Of a DNA stretch of 64,000 nucleotides, positions 48,136 to 60,085 are shown in pieces. The notes beneath the pieces are model-generated. The model was not told where the DNA came from, did no database searches, and saw only the letters and a list, made by a program, of their open reading frames with translations. Source of the DNA: Ranitomeya imitator (Eukaryota). The DNA is taken from assembly GCF_032444005.1 (NCBI RefSeq), contig NC_091289.1, positions 16,120,001 to 16,184,000 on the forward strand, in the 5' to 3' direction. The stretch's first letter is position 1. Each line of letters begins with the position of its first letter. The translations under genes and the position numbers were made by a program.

Positions 48136-48720
48136 TCATTTGTCCAGTGCAGTGTGTGCAGCGATCGAGGGCCTAGTGTAGGCCTTCTGGCTAATAGGGC
48201 AGGAAATAAATGTTATCCTTGATGTCTTTAGCTGAAAGATGAAAATTCTAGATGTAATATTTTCTAGCAAGTTGTGTCTGCAGGATGGGGGGCTTGAAGT
48301 TCAATAGAGCCGAACAAATCCATTTACAGGACCGCGGTCCAGCGCACACCAAAAAGGGACCCCTGCAAACTATCTCCTAGATGACGGGATCCTCGATGCC
48401 ACTGCGGCTTAATAGGAAGCATCGTTGCAGTGTGACATGGCGCTGGGCGGACTCATCTGACGAGGTGCAGGGAGGAAGAGGCCTTCAGATGGTCGGGTGG
48501 GCACAGAACACAGCTGGTGTTCACTGCTGCATCTGACACCCAGGACGCCTCTAGGCACCGCTACGCCACAGTATAGGGCCAGAGGTGGTCCGCAGAAAGT
48601 GAGGACCGACTGTCAAGGAGGAATGGACTGGATGACGGACAAGGGCAGCGAGAATCTAATTCTCATTAACATTTTATGAAAATATAAAAGTTCTGGCTTA
48701 GTTTTCATACAAGATATTCA

Positions 48721-48726
48721 TTTATT
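48721..48726 (-). promoter_or_regulatory. JAGN1: Candidate JAGN1 polyadenylation signal (AATAAA)
   Basis: TTTATT on the plus strand about 340 nt past the stop codon. Confidence 0.5.
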
Positions 48727-48899
48727 TTCACATCCTAAAACACAAAGGGAGGCGCTGATGGATTTTCCTTATGATATGGAATATAAACCCTGATATGTGA
48801 AGGCTTGTCAAAGTAAATTCGGCTCAAATCAGCAGCGGCCTCGTGTAGAGGAAGTGACAGGTCACGTAATAAAATACATCATGCACCTTGTGTCGTCCC

Positions 48900-49080
48900 C
48901 ATCATCTCCCCCCTCCGGTCACTTTTCTTTCCCTCCATAGTTCTCCTCATCGTCTCCACCCTCCAGTCACTTTTCCTTCCCTCCATAGTCCTCCTCATCG
49001 TCTCCACCCTCCAGTCACTTTTCCTTGCCTCCATAGTCCTCCTCTTCCTCTCCACCCTCTGGTCACTTTTTCTTCTTCTC
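48900..49080 (-). repeat. 48-bp tandem repeat covering the JAGN1 stop codon (about 3.5 copies)
   Basis: AAG-TGA recurs in frame at 49065, 49017, 48969 and 48921. Confidence 0.9.
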
Positions 49081-49525
49081 CTGAGTACTGGTGAACCACG
49101 AGTCCAGGAGCTTCTTGCTGTAGTAAATCTGCCAGGCGTGAACCTGCACGGCCACAACCATAACCAAGTACATGACGGAGACGGCAGAGAAGCCGAAGAT
49201 GAAGCGGTAAGCTTTGCCGTGGCGGTACAACTGCTGGGCCATGGGGAACATTTCCATGCTGCCGTAGATCAAGGGGGCGATAGAGAAGAGGCCGGTGCTG
49301 ATCATGGAGATCACCAGGTAACTGATGTTGTTCCGAGGGAAGGCGAACAACCCGAAGAGAGAGGGCACGATGCTCAGGAGGTACGGGTACTCCCACTGGT
49401 ACGGCATGGCTACCAGATCGTGGGACACTAGTTTCAGCTGGGCCACAGTTGTCTGAGCTGCGAGCAGCACCCAGATGAAGATGTGAGCGTAGATCAGTTT
49501 CTTGATTTCATTCTTTAGAGACACG
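49063..49525 (-). CDS. JAGN1: Jagunal homolog 1, last coding exon (463 nt)
   Basis: Acceptor ttcctcttatttcag; [13 protein letters not shown]...[12 protein letters not shown]...FPRNNISYL...[19 protein letters not shown]...[17 protein letters not shown]-stop, very close to human JAGN1. 89+463 nt gives 183 aa. Confidence 0.98.
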
Positions 49526-50509
49526 CTGAAATAAGAGGAAGAAAACATTAGGGTGTAAAGGAAACGTTTAATGAGAAAAATCAACAAATAAATTCATTTG
49601 AAAGTTGATTGCAAAAAATAAAAAAAAGTGGCACAGGGATAATAAAAGGCTGGAAAAGAAAGTGGTAAAAATGAAAAACAGCCGGAGGGTCAATGTTCAA
49701 CTATACGACATGAATGTGTATAAAAAGCATCATGGAGAGGCAGAGTCTCCCAGAAGCAAAGATGGTCAGATGTCACCGATTTGTAAACAACGCAACTAAA
49801 AATTGTGAAAAATTAGAAAAATGTTCCTCAACGTGAAATTGCAAAGACGTTGAATATCCACCATCTACAGCACAATGTCATCATTGCACTCTTGTTTCCT
49901 TTACAATTTGCAGAGAGATCCAACCATTACACAGGTCAGGGATCCTCTACTTTTGGAGCTTCCTTGCAGCTTGGCGCTTACTCTCTTAATTGAGGCATTG
50001 TGAACGCAACAATGAGTCTGTTTGTCCCCGGAGGGAGAACGTCACCTTAATATGGTGGTGCTAAAAATGTCCGAAAGCTGCCCCCTAGGCTGCTGCATGC
50101 AAAATACAATATCACTGCAGCGCCACCAAGTGGTATGAAGTAGAATTACACAGCCTAAACATTAAAGGGGCTGACCTATCAATACACAGGATAGTGGGGG
50201 TCTGACACCCAGCACCCCCACCAATCTGCTGCAATCTGCTCTCGCGGATATAAGTGATGCATGGGACAGATCACGGTAGTACCAGACGTTGCTTAGTGGC
50301 CACTGCTGAGTATTTTATCTACTATTGGTCATCAATGCAAGATCAATGGGGTCTCAGATGCAGTGCCAACACTAATTTCATATTGATGACATCTCCATCA
50401 AACAGGTACAGTAGTTACTGTGCCCTGGACAACCCCTTTAACAACCCAAGATATGACAGGCGATGGCTGGAGGAGAAATGACGATAAATCTACTGGCAGT
50501 AACAGATAC

Positions 50510-50598
50510 CTCATCTGATAATGATTGGCCACTCTTTCTCGATGTAGATAATCATTTCCATCCGTCCCGGCCGCCCGAGGACCTGCACGGGAAGCCAT
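50510..50598 (-). CDS. JAGN1: Jagunal homolog 1, first coding exon (89 nt, phase 2)
   Basis: [29 protein letters not shown]; donor AG|GTATCT; upstream NAGNAG acceptor (cagcag) at 50619-50614. Confidence 0.98.
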
Positions 50599-51525
50599 TG
50601 CCGATGTTCACACCTGCTGGAGGTAAACACATGATTATAGCAGACACGGACGAGCGAGAGTAACAGAAGCCCCCGGTGACTGACAGCACACAACCCTGGT
50701 GAATTATTAGCCAACTTCTGCAGCTAAACACACTGTAGGTGGGTTCCTACCCCTTTCATTGACTTGGAATATGGCCCCTGCGTGGTCATAAAATAAAAAG
50801 GAAAAATACTCCAATCCGCCACCAACGTTCTGCTTCTTTATCGGCGCAGGACCGCTTCAGCCAATAAAGGGTAGACTTGGCCTCAGGCTTCATGGTAATG
50901 TTGGTGACCGCGGTCGTGCCATCACGGGACAGGGACAGATCGGTTACATGCGACTGTCTGTGCAAACTTTGATGCCAGTCACTCGCGCCCGACTATTTGT
51001 TTTTACTTCACTTTACAAATGTTGGATCCGTTTTGCTGTGGAGCTTTAGACAGAAAGCAAAAAAGTCACAGCCCCGTGGGAGCCGCGCACAGCGAACACC
51101 GACATTTACCCCAATATCGTGTGTGGGTCGGTCACAGGGAGCGATGCAAACACACTCACCATTAACGATGCCGTGCAGCCCCCCTTACAGAGGATGGGCA
51201 ATGAGGACCCCTTTAGAGCTTGGTATCCCCCATCCCAGCGATCCTACAGACATCTCCCTCCCCAGCAGCTATGAAACATCACAGATTCCCCTGCAGTCCC
51301 ATGCAAAATCACACAGGAAGCCCCTTGAGTGGCTCTGCTACATCTGTGCAGACACTGGATCCTAAGATAAACGCACACAGCACGACAACCCGCACAATAC
51401 GTACTACAACGTCCAGCATGCACAGATTATTATTACAGTGGGAGTATGACGCCCATCCTGCACCCTCCTGCTTCCCATTATCCCGCTTTTCTGCACCAGA
51501 CGCCTCTTCATGCCGCCTGACTCAC

Positions 51526-51600
51526 CTACCACCTTCCTCCCGATATAATGGCTCAGTCAGCGCTGCACAATTACTACTTCCGGTACCAGCACGGCGCCAT
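51526..51600 (-). other. JAGN1: Probable non-coding first exon of JAGN1
   Basis: Perfect donor TAG|GTGAGT at 51525 directly downstream of a YY1/ETS promoter; matching acceptor at 50614. The 5' boundary is unknown. Confidence 0.6.
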
Positions 51601-51655
51601 GTTGCTGCTCCCGGAAGGTCTTTGGGCGCCATCTTGGTTCTCCCGGAAGTAGCTT
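51570..51655 (-). promoter_or_regulatory. JAGN1: TATA-less housekeeping-type promoter: two YY1 and three ETS/GABP motifs
   Basis: GGCGCCATGTT (51593) and GGCGCCATCTT (51625), i.e. AA(C/G)ATGGCGCC on the minus strand; ACTTCCGG (51576), CCGGAAG (51611) and CCGGAAGT (51643). Confidence 0.7.
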
Positions 51656-52410
51656 ACTTTTGTTGCTCATAGGAAGGGACAAAGTGTTCTAGTAGCTGTT
51701 ATGGAGTGAGGGCAAGTAGCATAGGCAACGTTCAGACCTTTTCAGTCTTACAGTAGCTTTTCTGTGGCTGTATGAAACCAGATAGTAATAGCTTACTGAT
51801 TACCTCTGATAATAACTGCTAGAGTACCTCCATAAAAAGTGATGACTTGCATTTATCTTAAAGGGATTGTCACTGTTGCTTTTAGTTAAAGCTGCTATAG
51901 ATGACACAGTGGGAAAGTGAGACCCGAATTAATAGGGCAGCACCGATGAGACGTCTTTAAAATTACACATTTTCGCGCTCGTAGTTTTATTCGCCGCCCC
52001 TTATATGGGCCAGAAGTATTTTATTTTTCTCCCAATATATATCCGGACCAGGGGCTTTCTTCCTGGGACGAGTTGTAGGTTTGAATGACACCAATCAGAT
52101 TACCAAATAATGCACCGAAAAGTGGAAAAACAAAATCCAAGTGCGGAGAAATGGTGAAAACATTGCAAATCCGCCATTGTTTTGTCTTTACAGTGATCAT
52201 TGTGCAGTAAGGAATGACCTGGCAGCAGGATTCTCCAGGTTGGTGTGATTAGGGCGAGACCAAACGTACAAAGTTTTTACATATATATATAATGTATTGG
52301 TGGATGAAAAAAACAAACAAAAAACAATGTTATAAAAACAAAAAAGAAGTTGGTTTGTGTCGTCATTTAAGACTTTTTTTTAAAATTTTTCTGTCAGTGA
52401 ACCCGTGTAA

Positions 52411-52802
52411 GGCCACGTGCACATGCTGCGGATTACTCTGCGGATTTTTCCATACTGATTTTGTTAATTCCGCAGGTAAACCGCACTGCGGATTTCCTGC
52501 GAAATTACCGCGGATTTACTGCAATTTTTTCGTGGATTTTGTGCGGATTCCACCTGCGGTTTTACACCTGCGGATTCCTATTATGGAGCAGGTGTAAACC
52601 GCTGCGGAATCCGCACAAAGAATTGACATGCTGCGGAATAAACAACGCTACGTTTCTGCTCGTTTTTCCGCAGCATGTGCACTGCGGATTTTGTTTTCCA
52701 TAGGTTTACATGGTACTGTAAACTCATGGAGAACTGCTGCGAATTCGCAGCGGCCAATCTGCTGCGAATCCGCAGCAAAATCCGCAACGTGTGCGCATAC
52801 CC
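52411..52802. mobile_element. PIF/Harbinger-type MITE (same family as 22734)
   Basis: TAA|GGCCACGTGCACATG ... CAACGTGTGCGCATACCC|TTA. Confidence 0.75.
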
Positions 52803-52805
52803 TTA

Positions 52806-52981
52806 GGGCGCAATCAGACGACCTTATAAATCTGACCGCAGTACCCAGACTGGCCAGCAGATCTCCCATCCCGAGCATGGCAGCTTCATCTAGTCCTGTG
52901 CAGCTGTCAAGCTCAGGTCAGGAGACCCGCCGGCCAGTCCTTACATTGCGGTCCGATTTATAAGGTCGTCTGATTGCGTCC
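52806..52981. mobile_element. Second Harbinger-type MITE abutting the first and sharing its TTA
   Basis: TTA|GGGCGCAATCAGACGACCTTATAAATC ... GATTTATAAGGTCGTCTGATTGCGTCC|TAA. Confidence 0.75.
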
Positions 52982-54326
52982 TAACAGAGTGGGTTTTTTT
53001 GCTTTGTAAGTTGTAGTTTTTACTGATACAATATTGGGGTACATACAGTGCTTTTATTGCATTTTGGTGTGGGGGCGATGTGCAGAAAGAGCAGGGCAGG
53101 CACCTGACGATCATGCCAGCTTTCTGAAGACGCAATGTCATGGGCCCCATACAAATTAATGGGGCAGCAGTACACATTTTTTACCACCCCTGTACATAAA
53201 GGGACTCCGTCAGCACAAAATGACTGTTCAAACCAAGCACACGCGCTCGGTGCTCCACGGAGGGGCCAGTCATTTAAATTCACCTTTACACCTGCTGGTT
53301 TTCCCTCCCCTCCGCTTTGATTGACAGCTCTGGAATTAAAGAGGCAGAGATAGTGGGAAAACAAACAGGTGGGAAGGGGCATTTAAATGATTGGCTGCGC
53401 CATGATGCACAGTGCACTTCTACTTGGTTTCATCAGTCCTTCTCTGCTGATAAAGAGCTTCTAAAAACAAGAAACTTTGCTATTTATGCGTTTTTAAAAG
53501 TCCTCTCTGTTCTCAAGAACAGAAAGATTTTTCTATCTCTAGTTTGCTGATCATTGCCTGGGTTACAGGACACCGCTGCGGTCTTTCAGGGGTGGCTGGT
53601 CTCCTAGGCAAACACCTCATTGCTTTCATGCTGTTTTCTATAGAGCTTGTAAGCGCTGCTCTGAGGCTGGCTGGGATCCGTGGATGAGGCCTGCTTCAGT
53701 GGCCGCGCTGTCTCATACAGAAGCGGAGTTTGGACCAGCGGTGTGTGAGTAGGTGATGAATATCTTTGGTGGGATAATCCCTTTTAAGTGTGCAATTCTT
53801 CATATCTCCTGTGGGGGCGCCACAAGGAATTTAAAAGCGCTGCGGAATATGTTGGCACTATATAAATAAAATTATTATTATTATTATAAATTTATTATTA
53901 TTATTTAATAATTTATTGTCATGTTTCGTACAGATTACAGCTCGTCTCTGGGATGGTTTTGCAAAAATAATTGCACCATACAACAGGAGTCACATGGGCC
54001 ATTGTGTCTAGCTCTAGATGTGAGTCACGGCTGCGCCCATTTCAGTGATTTATTGCAATCGTTGCCTTTCACCTACATAATCGGCAGCACGTAATGATTC
54101 TTGTACATCGACGCTTCCACTTGCCATCGCTCTGCCTGATATGAGCGCTGTATTGGGACATCATGATAGAAGTGGGGCAGATTTGCACCATGGGTGGGGG
54201 GGACTGCATAAAGCAGGGAATGTGTCTGACCACTAATGACCCCTGCTCCTATTTATTTCCACACTGCTGCTGGGAGTGGGAACATGGCAGCAATGGCCTG
54301 AGGTTACTCCTTACAGTAGAGCAGTC

Positions 54327-54420
54327 TGGGTAAAGGGGAGTGAAACTCTCATCATACACCACATACTCCGACAGGGTCAGTATGTGACAGCCCCGGTGAC
54401 AGCGAGGAGCAGCGGCATCT
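54327..54420 (+). promoter_or_regulatory. Candidate distal CIDEC promoter or non-coding first exon
   Basis: DR1-like TGGGTA-A-AGGGGA at 54327-54339 and donor CATCT|GTAAGT at 54421. Inference only. Confidence 0.3.
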
Positions 54421-56138
54421 GTAAGTAGCTTGCGTGGTATATACCTGCAGCCGCTGGTCATATCATGTGGATTTATAGGTCCCCGTCCTGTACGGGGGGC
54501 GCACAATCCGAAATGCATGACTTCATTGTCTTAAAAAGCGAAACCCTCACAATGGCGCAGCAATTTTTTTTGACTCATGGCATCACCTATAAATGATTGA
54601 CAGCGCGGTCGCATTGATGGGCGTGAAATAATGTAACGGCACAACGGCTGTCAGCAAAAAAAAAAAAAAAAATCAGAATTATTTGTTGCACACGATTTTG
54701 CTATTGTGTTGCAGACCCTAGATCGTGTGCGTCCGACACCCAAATTGCCCCCCCAAAGCAATTGAGCGATCGCACAGTTTTAGGCTACGATCAAAGGTGC
54801 TGTGTAGACCAGACCCACCAAGCAATATTTGGGCTAGCGACCTCTTTTATCTCCCATTGAAAGGAACAGGAGTCTGACAAATTTACTTGTCTAATTCTCT
54901 GAGATAAGTGGCGCCATATTTGTTTATCTCCACCTATTCAAATCGCATGTGGGCCAGGCTGCACCCTAAGGTTATGGGGGAGTTTGGACTCTGTAACGTG
55001 TGACTGTGTAGCAAAGGGTTAAATCTGCAGCAAGTCTGCAGGCAACGCTCATTTATTGACTATGAAATACACCCCTACGCGTCATCAGATATTTATATTT
55101 TTTCTTTCCATATAAGTGTGCTGGATCCGATTTTTCATCCATTTTTGTTACCCTCAGTACGGTATCTGGTTTTCTCGTATGTAGATACTCGGCCCACAAA
55201 CAAGACAAGTGAACAGCCCCATAGACTATAATGGGCACACGTCCTGTCAGTGAAAGCGCGGATAGAAAACATACGTCGCCCTGCATATCTTTATGGCAAG
55301 TGGTAGTTGTGGGCGCCTGTTTAGGATTTTATTTTAGGGCCCATGAGTGACACCTCTGGCACTATTATTGCAGGGTTGTGTCCATACAGACATTAGCTGC
55401 TAAATAATAAAATGAACTTTTATGGCCCTAAAAGAAGTCAACATGGTGTGAGGTAAAACTCTGCGTTTCACATATTGACTGCCTCTCATCTTCCATCATG
55501 GCAACCGTGAGGGACATATATAAATACAGGTATGCAGGAAAAATGGAGTAGTTGCCCATAGCAACCAATCAGATTTCACCTTTCATTTTTAAAAAGTCCT
55601 ATTGAAAATGGGAGCTGGGAGCTGATTGGTTGCTATGGCTGCTTTACCTCTCTTGTGCCCGGCTACCATATAACATATATGTATATAATATTTCATCTAA
55701 TTCCCCTCAGTCCAGCAATGGAGACTGGAGGCCATATTGTTTTGTAAAAATAAAATAAATAAAACTGTAATTGTGGGGTGTGAGCAATGGTGGCCGTACT
55801 GATAATTCAGGATCAGAATGTGAATAGGAGAGAAACGGTCCCTCAGGAGTCAGGTTGCCATTGGGATACGGCAAGAAAATGCTCCTGTTTGTGGGAAGTG
55901 ACACTCGTATATCCATGACAGTCTAGAAGTGCTATAAACAAAGAATGGCTGCCATCGGTGTGCCCAGGAGGCAAGCAATGAGAGGGAGAGACTTGTGATG
56001 TCTTCCTGCCTCTGCCTTTCCAGCTGTCTGTTTATATCTTATTATTATCTATTTATTATGTTGCCCTATAATACTAAATATGACAGAACATGAGATGTTG
56101 GGAGTTATATTTGGTGGCCGCTGATGGACAGCAGTGAT

Positions 56139-57478
56139 TACACATGGAGGGAAGGTAGAGAGTGACAGACCCCACACTAAACATGGAGGACAGGTAGAGC
56201 GTGACAGACCCCGCACTACACATGGAGGGAAGGTAGAGAGTGACAGACCCCACACTACACATGGAGGGAAGGTAGAGAGTGACAGACCCCACACTACACA
56301 TGGAGGGAAGGTAGAGAGTGACAGACCCCGCACTACACATGGAGGACAGGTAGAGAATGATAGACCCCGCACTACACATGGAGGGAAGGTAAAGAGCGAC
56401 AGACCCTGCACTACACATGGAGGGAAGGTAGAGAGTGACAGATCCCACACTACACATGGAGGACAGGTAGAGTGACAGATCCCACACTACACATGGAGGA
56501 CAGGTAGAGAGTGACAGACCCCGCACTACACATGGAGGACAGGTAGAGAATGATAGACCCCGCACTACACATGGAGGGAAGGTAGAGAGTGACAGACCCC
56601 ACACTACACATGGAGGACAGGTAGAGAATGACAGACCCCGCACTACACATGGAGGGAAGGTAGAGAGCGACAGACCCCACACTACACATGGAGGGAAGGT
56701 AGAGAGTGACAGACCCCGCACTACACATGGAGGACAGGTAGAGAGCGACAGACCCCACACTACACATGGAGGACAGGTAGAGAGCGACAGACCCTACACT
56801 ACACATGGAGGACAGGTAGAGAGTGACAGACCCCGCACTACACATGGAGGGAAGGTAGACAGCGACAGACCCCGCACTACACATGGAAGGAAGGTAGACA
56901 GCGACAGACCCCACACTACACATGGAAGGAAGGTAGAGAGTGACAGACCCCGCATTACACATGGAGGACAGGTAGAGAGTGACAGACCCCACACTACACA
57001 TGGAGGGAAGGTAGAGAGTGACAGACCCCGCATTACACATGGAGGGAAGGTAGAGAGTGACAGACCCCGCACTACACATGGAGGACAGGTAGAGAGCGAC
57101 AGACCCCACACTACACATGGAGGACAGGTAGAGAGCGACAGACCCTACACTACACATGGAGGACAGGTAGAGAGTGACAGACCCCGCACTACACATGGAG
57201 GGAAGGTAGACAGCGACAGACCCCGCACTACACATGGAAGGAAGGTAGACAGCGACAGACCCCACACTACACATGGAAGGAAGGTAGAGAGTGACAGACC
57301 CCGCATTACACATGGAGGACAGGTAGAGAGTGACAGACCCCACACTACACATGGAGGGAAGGTAGAGAGTGACAGACCCCGCATTACACATGGAGGGAAG
57401 GTAGAGAGTGACAGACCCCGCACTACACATGGAGGACAGGTAGAGAGTGACTGACCCCGCACTACACATGGAGGACAG
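56139..57478. repeat. 39-bp minisatellite (about 34 copies) just upstream of CIDEC
   Basis: Unit ACATGGAGGGAAGGTAGAGAGTGACAGACCCCGCACTAC; a 351-bp (9-unit) block is duplicated. Confidence 0.96.
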
Positions 57479-57569
57479 TCTCTTTCTAAGCATATAGCTT
57501 TACACATCTGTCAGGATCTGTGGAAAGCTAGGTGGACGTAGCCCTCCACAATGTTACCTAGATATTACC

Positions 57570-57721
57570 GTGCGCAATATACAGTAATAAATTCGCTTTT
57601 TGACCTTCCGCCTGAACCTTGCACCGGAGCGGACCTTGCACCCATGAGTTACACCGTCACCCTGCATTTGGTGACCTCACAGATGATCTGACGGGACAAG
57701 GTACGCCGGGCAGGATATAAG
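57570..57721 (+). promoter_or_regulatory. CIDEC: Proximal CIDEC promoter
   Basis: C/EBP-like GTGCGCAAT (57570), nuclear-receptor half-site TGACCT (57672) and TATA-like GATATAAG (57714-57721), about 65 nt before the upstream ATG. Confidence 0.55.
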
Positions 57722-57784
57722 TGACCCCGCACCCGCCTCTCCTCAGACTTTCTATGAATGCTACAGATTGAGACTTCTGGTAGT

Positions 57785-57795
57785 ATGGCAAATCA
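57785..57795 (+). CDS. CIDEC: Upstream 11-nt coding segment of a longer CIDEC isoform (MANQ...)
   Basis: GTATGG Kozak context and donor CA|GTGAGT. Spliced to the acceptor at 57976 it gives MANQSEEIFLTK in frame with MEYAMK. Confidence 0.65.
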
Positions 57796-58001
57796 GTGAG
57801 TATCTACCCAGACCTTCATGGCAGAATTTATAATGTTTGATTTATTTGTAAAACTATTTAAATGATTTTATTAACTTTAACTATTAGAAAAAAAAGTAGA
57901 ATTCTGTGCAGCACTACAGTTGCCAGCAAGCCCTGGCGACCTGGATTGTAATGCTCTGTAATATGTTTCTTTGTAGATCGGAGGAGATTTTCCTGACCAA
58001 G

Positions 58002-58054
58002 ATGGAATATGCCATGAAGTCGCTGAGTCTTCTCTCCCCCAGGTCTCTCTCCAA
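58002..58054 (+). CDS. CIDEC: CIDEC coding exon: MEYAMKSLSLLSPRSLS(K); exon begins at 57977
   Basis: Near-identical to human MEYAMKSLSLLYPKSLSR; acceptor tttctttgtag; donor AA|GTAAGA. Confidence 0.95.
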
Positions 58055-58497
58055 GTAAGACGTCTTCTAATTCTATTCTACTCCTAAGCTCCAATTATAC
58101 CTTGTGCCCGATCACCAATCTAAGGGCCACCAAGTACTGACGGGGGTGACATATTCTCTCCGTCTAGATGTGGTGGTCTCGGCATGGGTTTTAGGGGACC
58201 CCATTACAGGGATAGTCAGGTCCCGGAGGTGGTTACAGTTGGATCCAGTCTATGGCCGCACTGATGACCGTCCCTCCCTTAATGTCGTTGTCACCTTTAC
58301 CCAGATTTATCGGCCAGACGCTTTCATATTTGGCAATTTCTCTGTCCAAAAGTCGAGTTCTGTGTACAGACAGCACAAAGGTCACGGGGAATTATGAAAT
58401 GTGGCGCAGGCTGATGGCACAGGCCCTACATCGGCCGTTATCACAGGGCAGATTAGGCGTTACCGTATGTTATAATTGTCCGTCCTGGTTATTACAG

Positions 58498-58639
58498 GTG
58501 TGTCTCCGTCAGTGCCACAATGACCCAACAACTCCTTTCCCGGCCGGCGTCCAAACCACGACCCTTTAGAGTTTGCAACTATGACCGAAGTGTCCGAAAG
58601 GGCATCGTGGCGGACAGTCTGGAAGATCTGCTTAACAAG
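58498..58639 (+). CDS. CIDEC: CIDEC exon, first half of the CIDE-N domain: CVSVSATMTQQLLSRPASKPRPFRVCNYDRSVRKGIVADSLEDLLNK
   Basis: 142 nt, phase 2 to 0; acceptor attacag; donor AAG|GTGAGG; RPFRV..DRSVRKGI..SL.DL signature. Confidence 0.96.
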
Positions 58640-58866
58640 GTGAGGACCAAGGCTCGAGATCGGAGGTCGCATGTTGGATGCAGATGGGCTTGACCCTGAC
58701 AATGACAACTCTATCGATCCTCTGGATGTAGTAGGACCCTTGTTCTCAGTTGCATTGGACCTTTTTTCACCCTTTAAATAAATCACGTTGATGGTCCTAT
58801 ATGTAGTGCACTTCCCACTATAATGTTGGGGTCATCGCTCACCAGAAATGTGTCTCTTGTCCCTAG

Positions 58867-59016
58867 ATCCAGGATGCCATGCTCATGGATGAAGCTGTCA
58901 CACTGGTTCTGGAGGAAGACGGCACCGGTGTGGACACTGAAGATTTTTTCCAGTCTTTGGAAAGTGGAGTTGTGTTCATGGCTCTTGTGAAAGGACAGAC
59001 ATGGAAGTCGTCTCAA
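58867..59016 (+). CDS. CIDEC: CIDEC exon, second half of the CIDE-N domain: IQDAMLMDEAVTLVLEEDGTGVDTEDFFQSLESGVVFMALVKGQTWKSSQ
   Basis: 150 nt, phase 0 to 0; LVLEEDGT.VD.E.FF signature; donor CAA|GTGAGT. Confidence 0.97.
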
Positions 59017-59628
59017 GTGAGTCCATCGGGTGCAGAATGCAGAGGGGAGGTCCGGCGGCTCTTAGCAAGTGGCCTTAGAAAAGGGGCAGAAGTTGAAGCT
59101 CCTGGGTACTGATGCCACGTCTGCTCTGCCCCCCTCGCCCCTCCTATTCCTATGAAGACCACCGCTATACTAATGGGCAAGTGACTCCTTTTCAATGGAC
59201 TGCCATCTGCAGCACTACAACTCCCACTGTAGACACCCTGTGACTGTCAGGGCATGCTGAGAGTTGTGGTTGTGCTGCAGATTGCGGGCCCTTACCTTAC
59301 ATTTCCCTGGGACCCTGACTTCACCTAGATTAGGAACATCCTATACAGTTGATCGTGTCGCTCCATGAAGACCCATTCAATAGAACCTCTGCCGGCTGTC
59401 AGTGAACAGAAACTTTTCTTGGTTATATCAGGAATCTAAAAATCCATTTAGTCCAGCTGATTTGTGAAAGCGCGAGCCCTAAACGTAACTTCATGCATCA
59501 GATGGGTTAATATTTTTCGACATACAGTTTCTATTCACTGACAGCTATCGCACATCAAGAAAATGGTGAGAAACTGAAGGTTTTTATAGCAGATTTATAC
59601 ATTTAATAATTTTTTTTTTTCCATCCAG

Positions 59629-59816
59629 AATGCCGGCTACCATATTTCTTTGTCCAGCACGCCTCTGCGGAAGATTGACGTGGCCCAGTTCAGCTTTGAC
59701 CTGTACAAGAACCATCCGCAGGATTTCATCGGGTGTCTGAATATTAAGGCCACCCTATACGGGACCTACTCCGTGTCCTATAATCTGCAGTGCCACAGCG
59801 CCAAAAGGATGATGAG
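59629..59816 (+). CDS. CIDEC: CIDEC exon, CIDE-C domain: NAGYHISLSSTPLRKIDVAQFSFDLYKNHPQDFIGCLNIKATLYGTYSVSYNLQCHSAKRMM(R)
   Basis: 188 nt, phase 0 to 2; matches human KIDVARVTFDLYKLNPQDFIGCLNVKAT...; donor GAG|GTGAAT. Confidence 0.97.
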
Positions 59817-60085
59817 GTGAATATCCGATCCTCCAGGGTCACGGTGCAGGCTTTCTCCTAATGAAAGGGACAACCAATAAAGCTTCTATAGTTGTCACCC
59901 AGCTTTCCTAGTCTACTGAATGGAAAACCTGTCTACTTAGACTGTTATATGAGTTGATGGGGTCTGAGAAAGCTGGGTGACCGCCGCTATGGGAGCTGTG
60001 ATATTGGTGGGCACACGGCTTTTCCAGGAGCAAATATAACTAAGATTGGACTAAAAGGGACTTTTGACATCTTTTTCCATCACAG

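Noticed and set aside
56049-57507. 347-aa and other ORFs upstream of CIDEC
   Set aside because: Translation of the 39-bp minisatellite.
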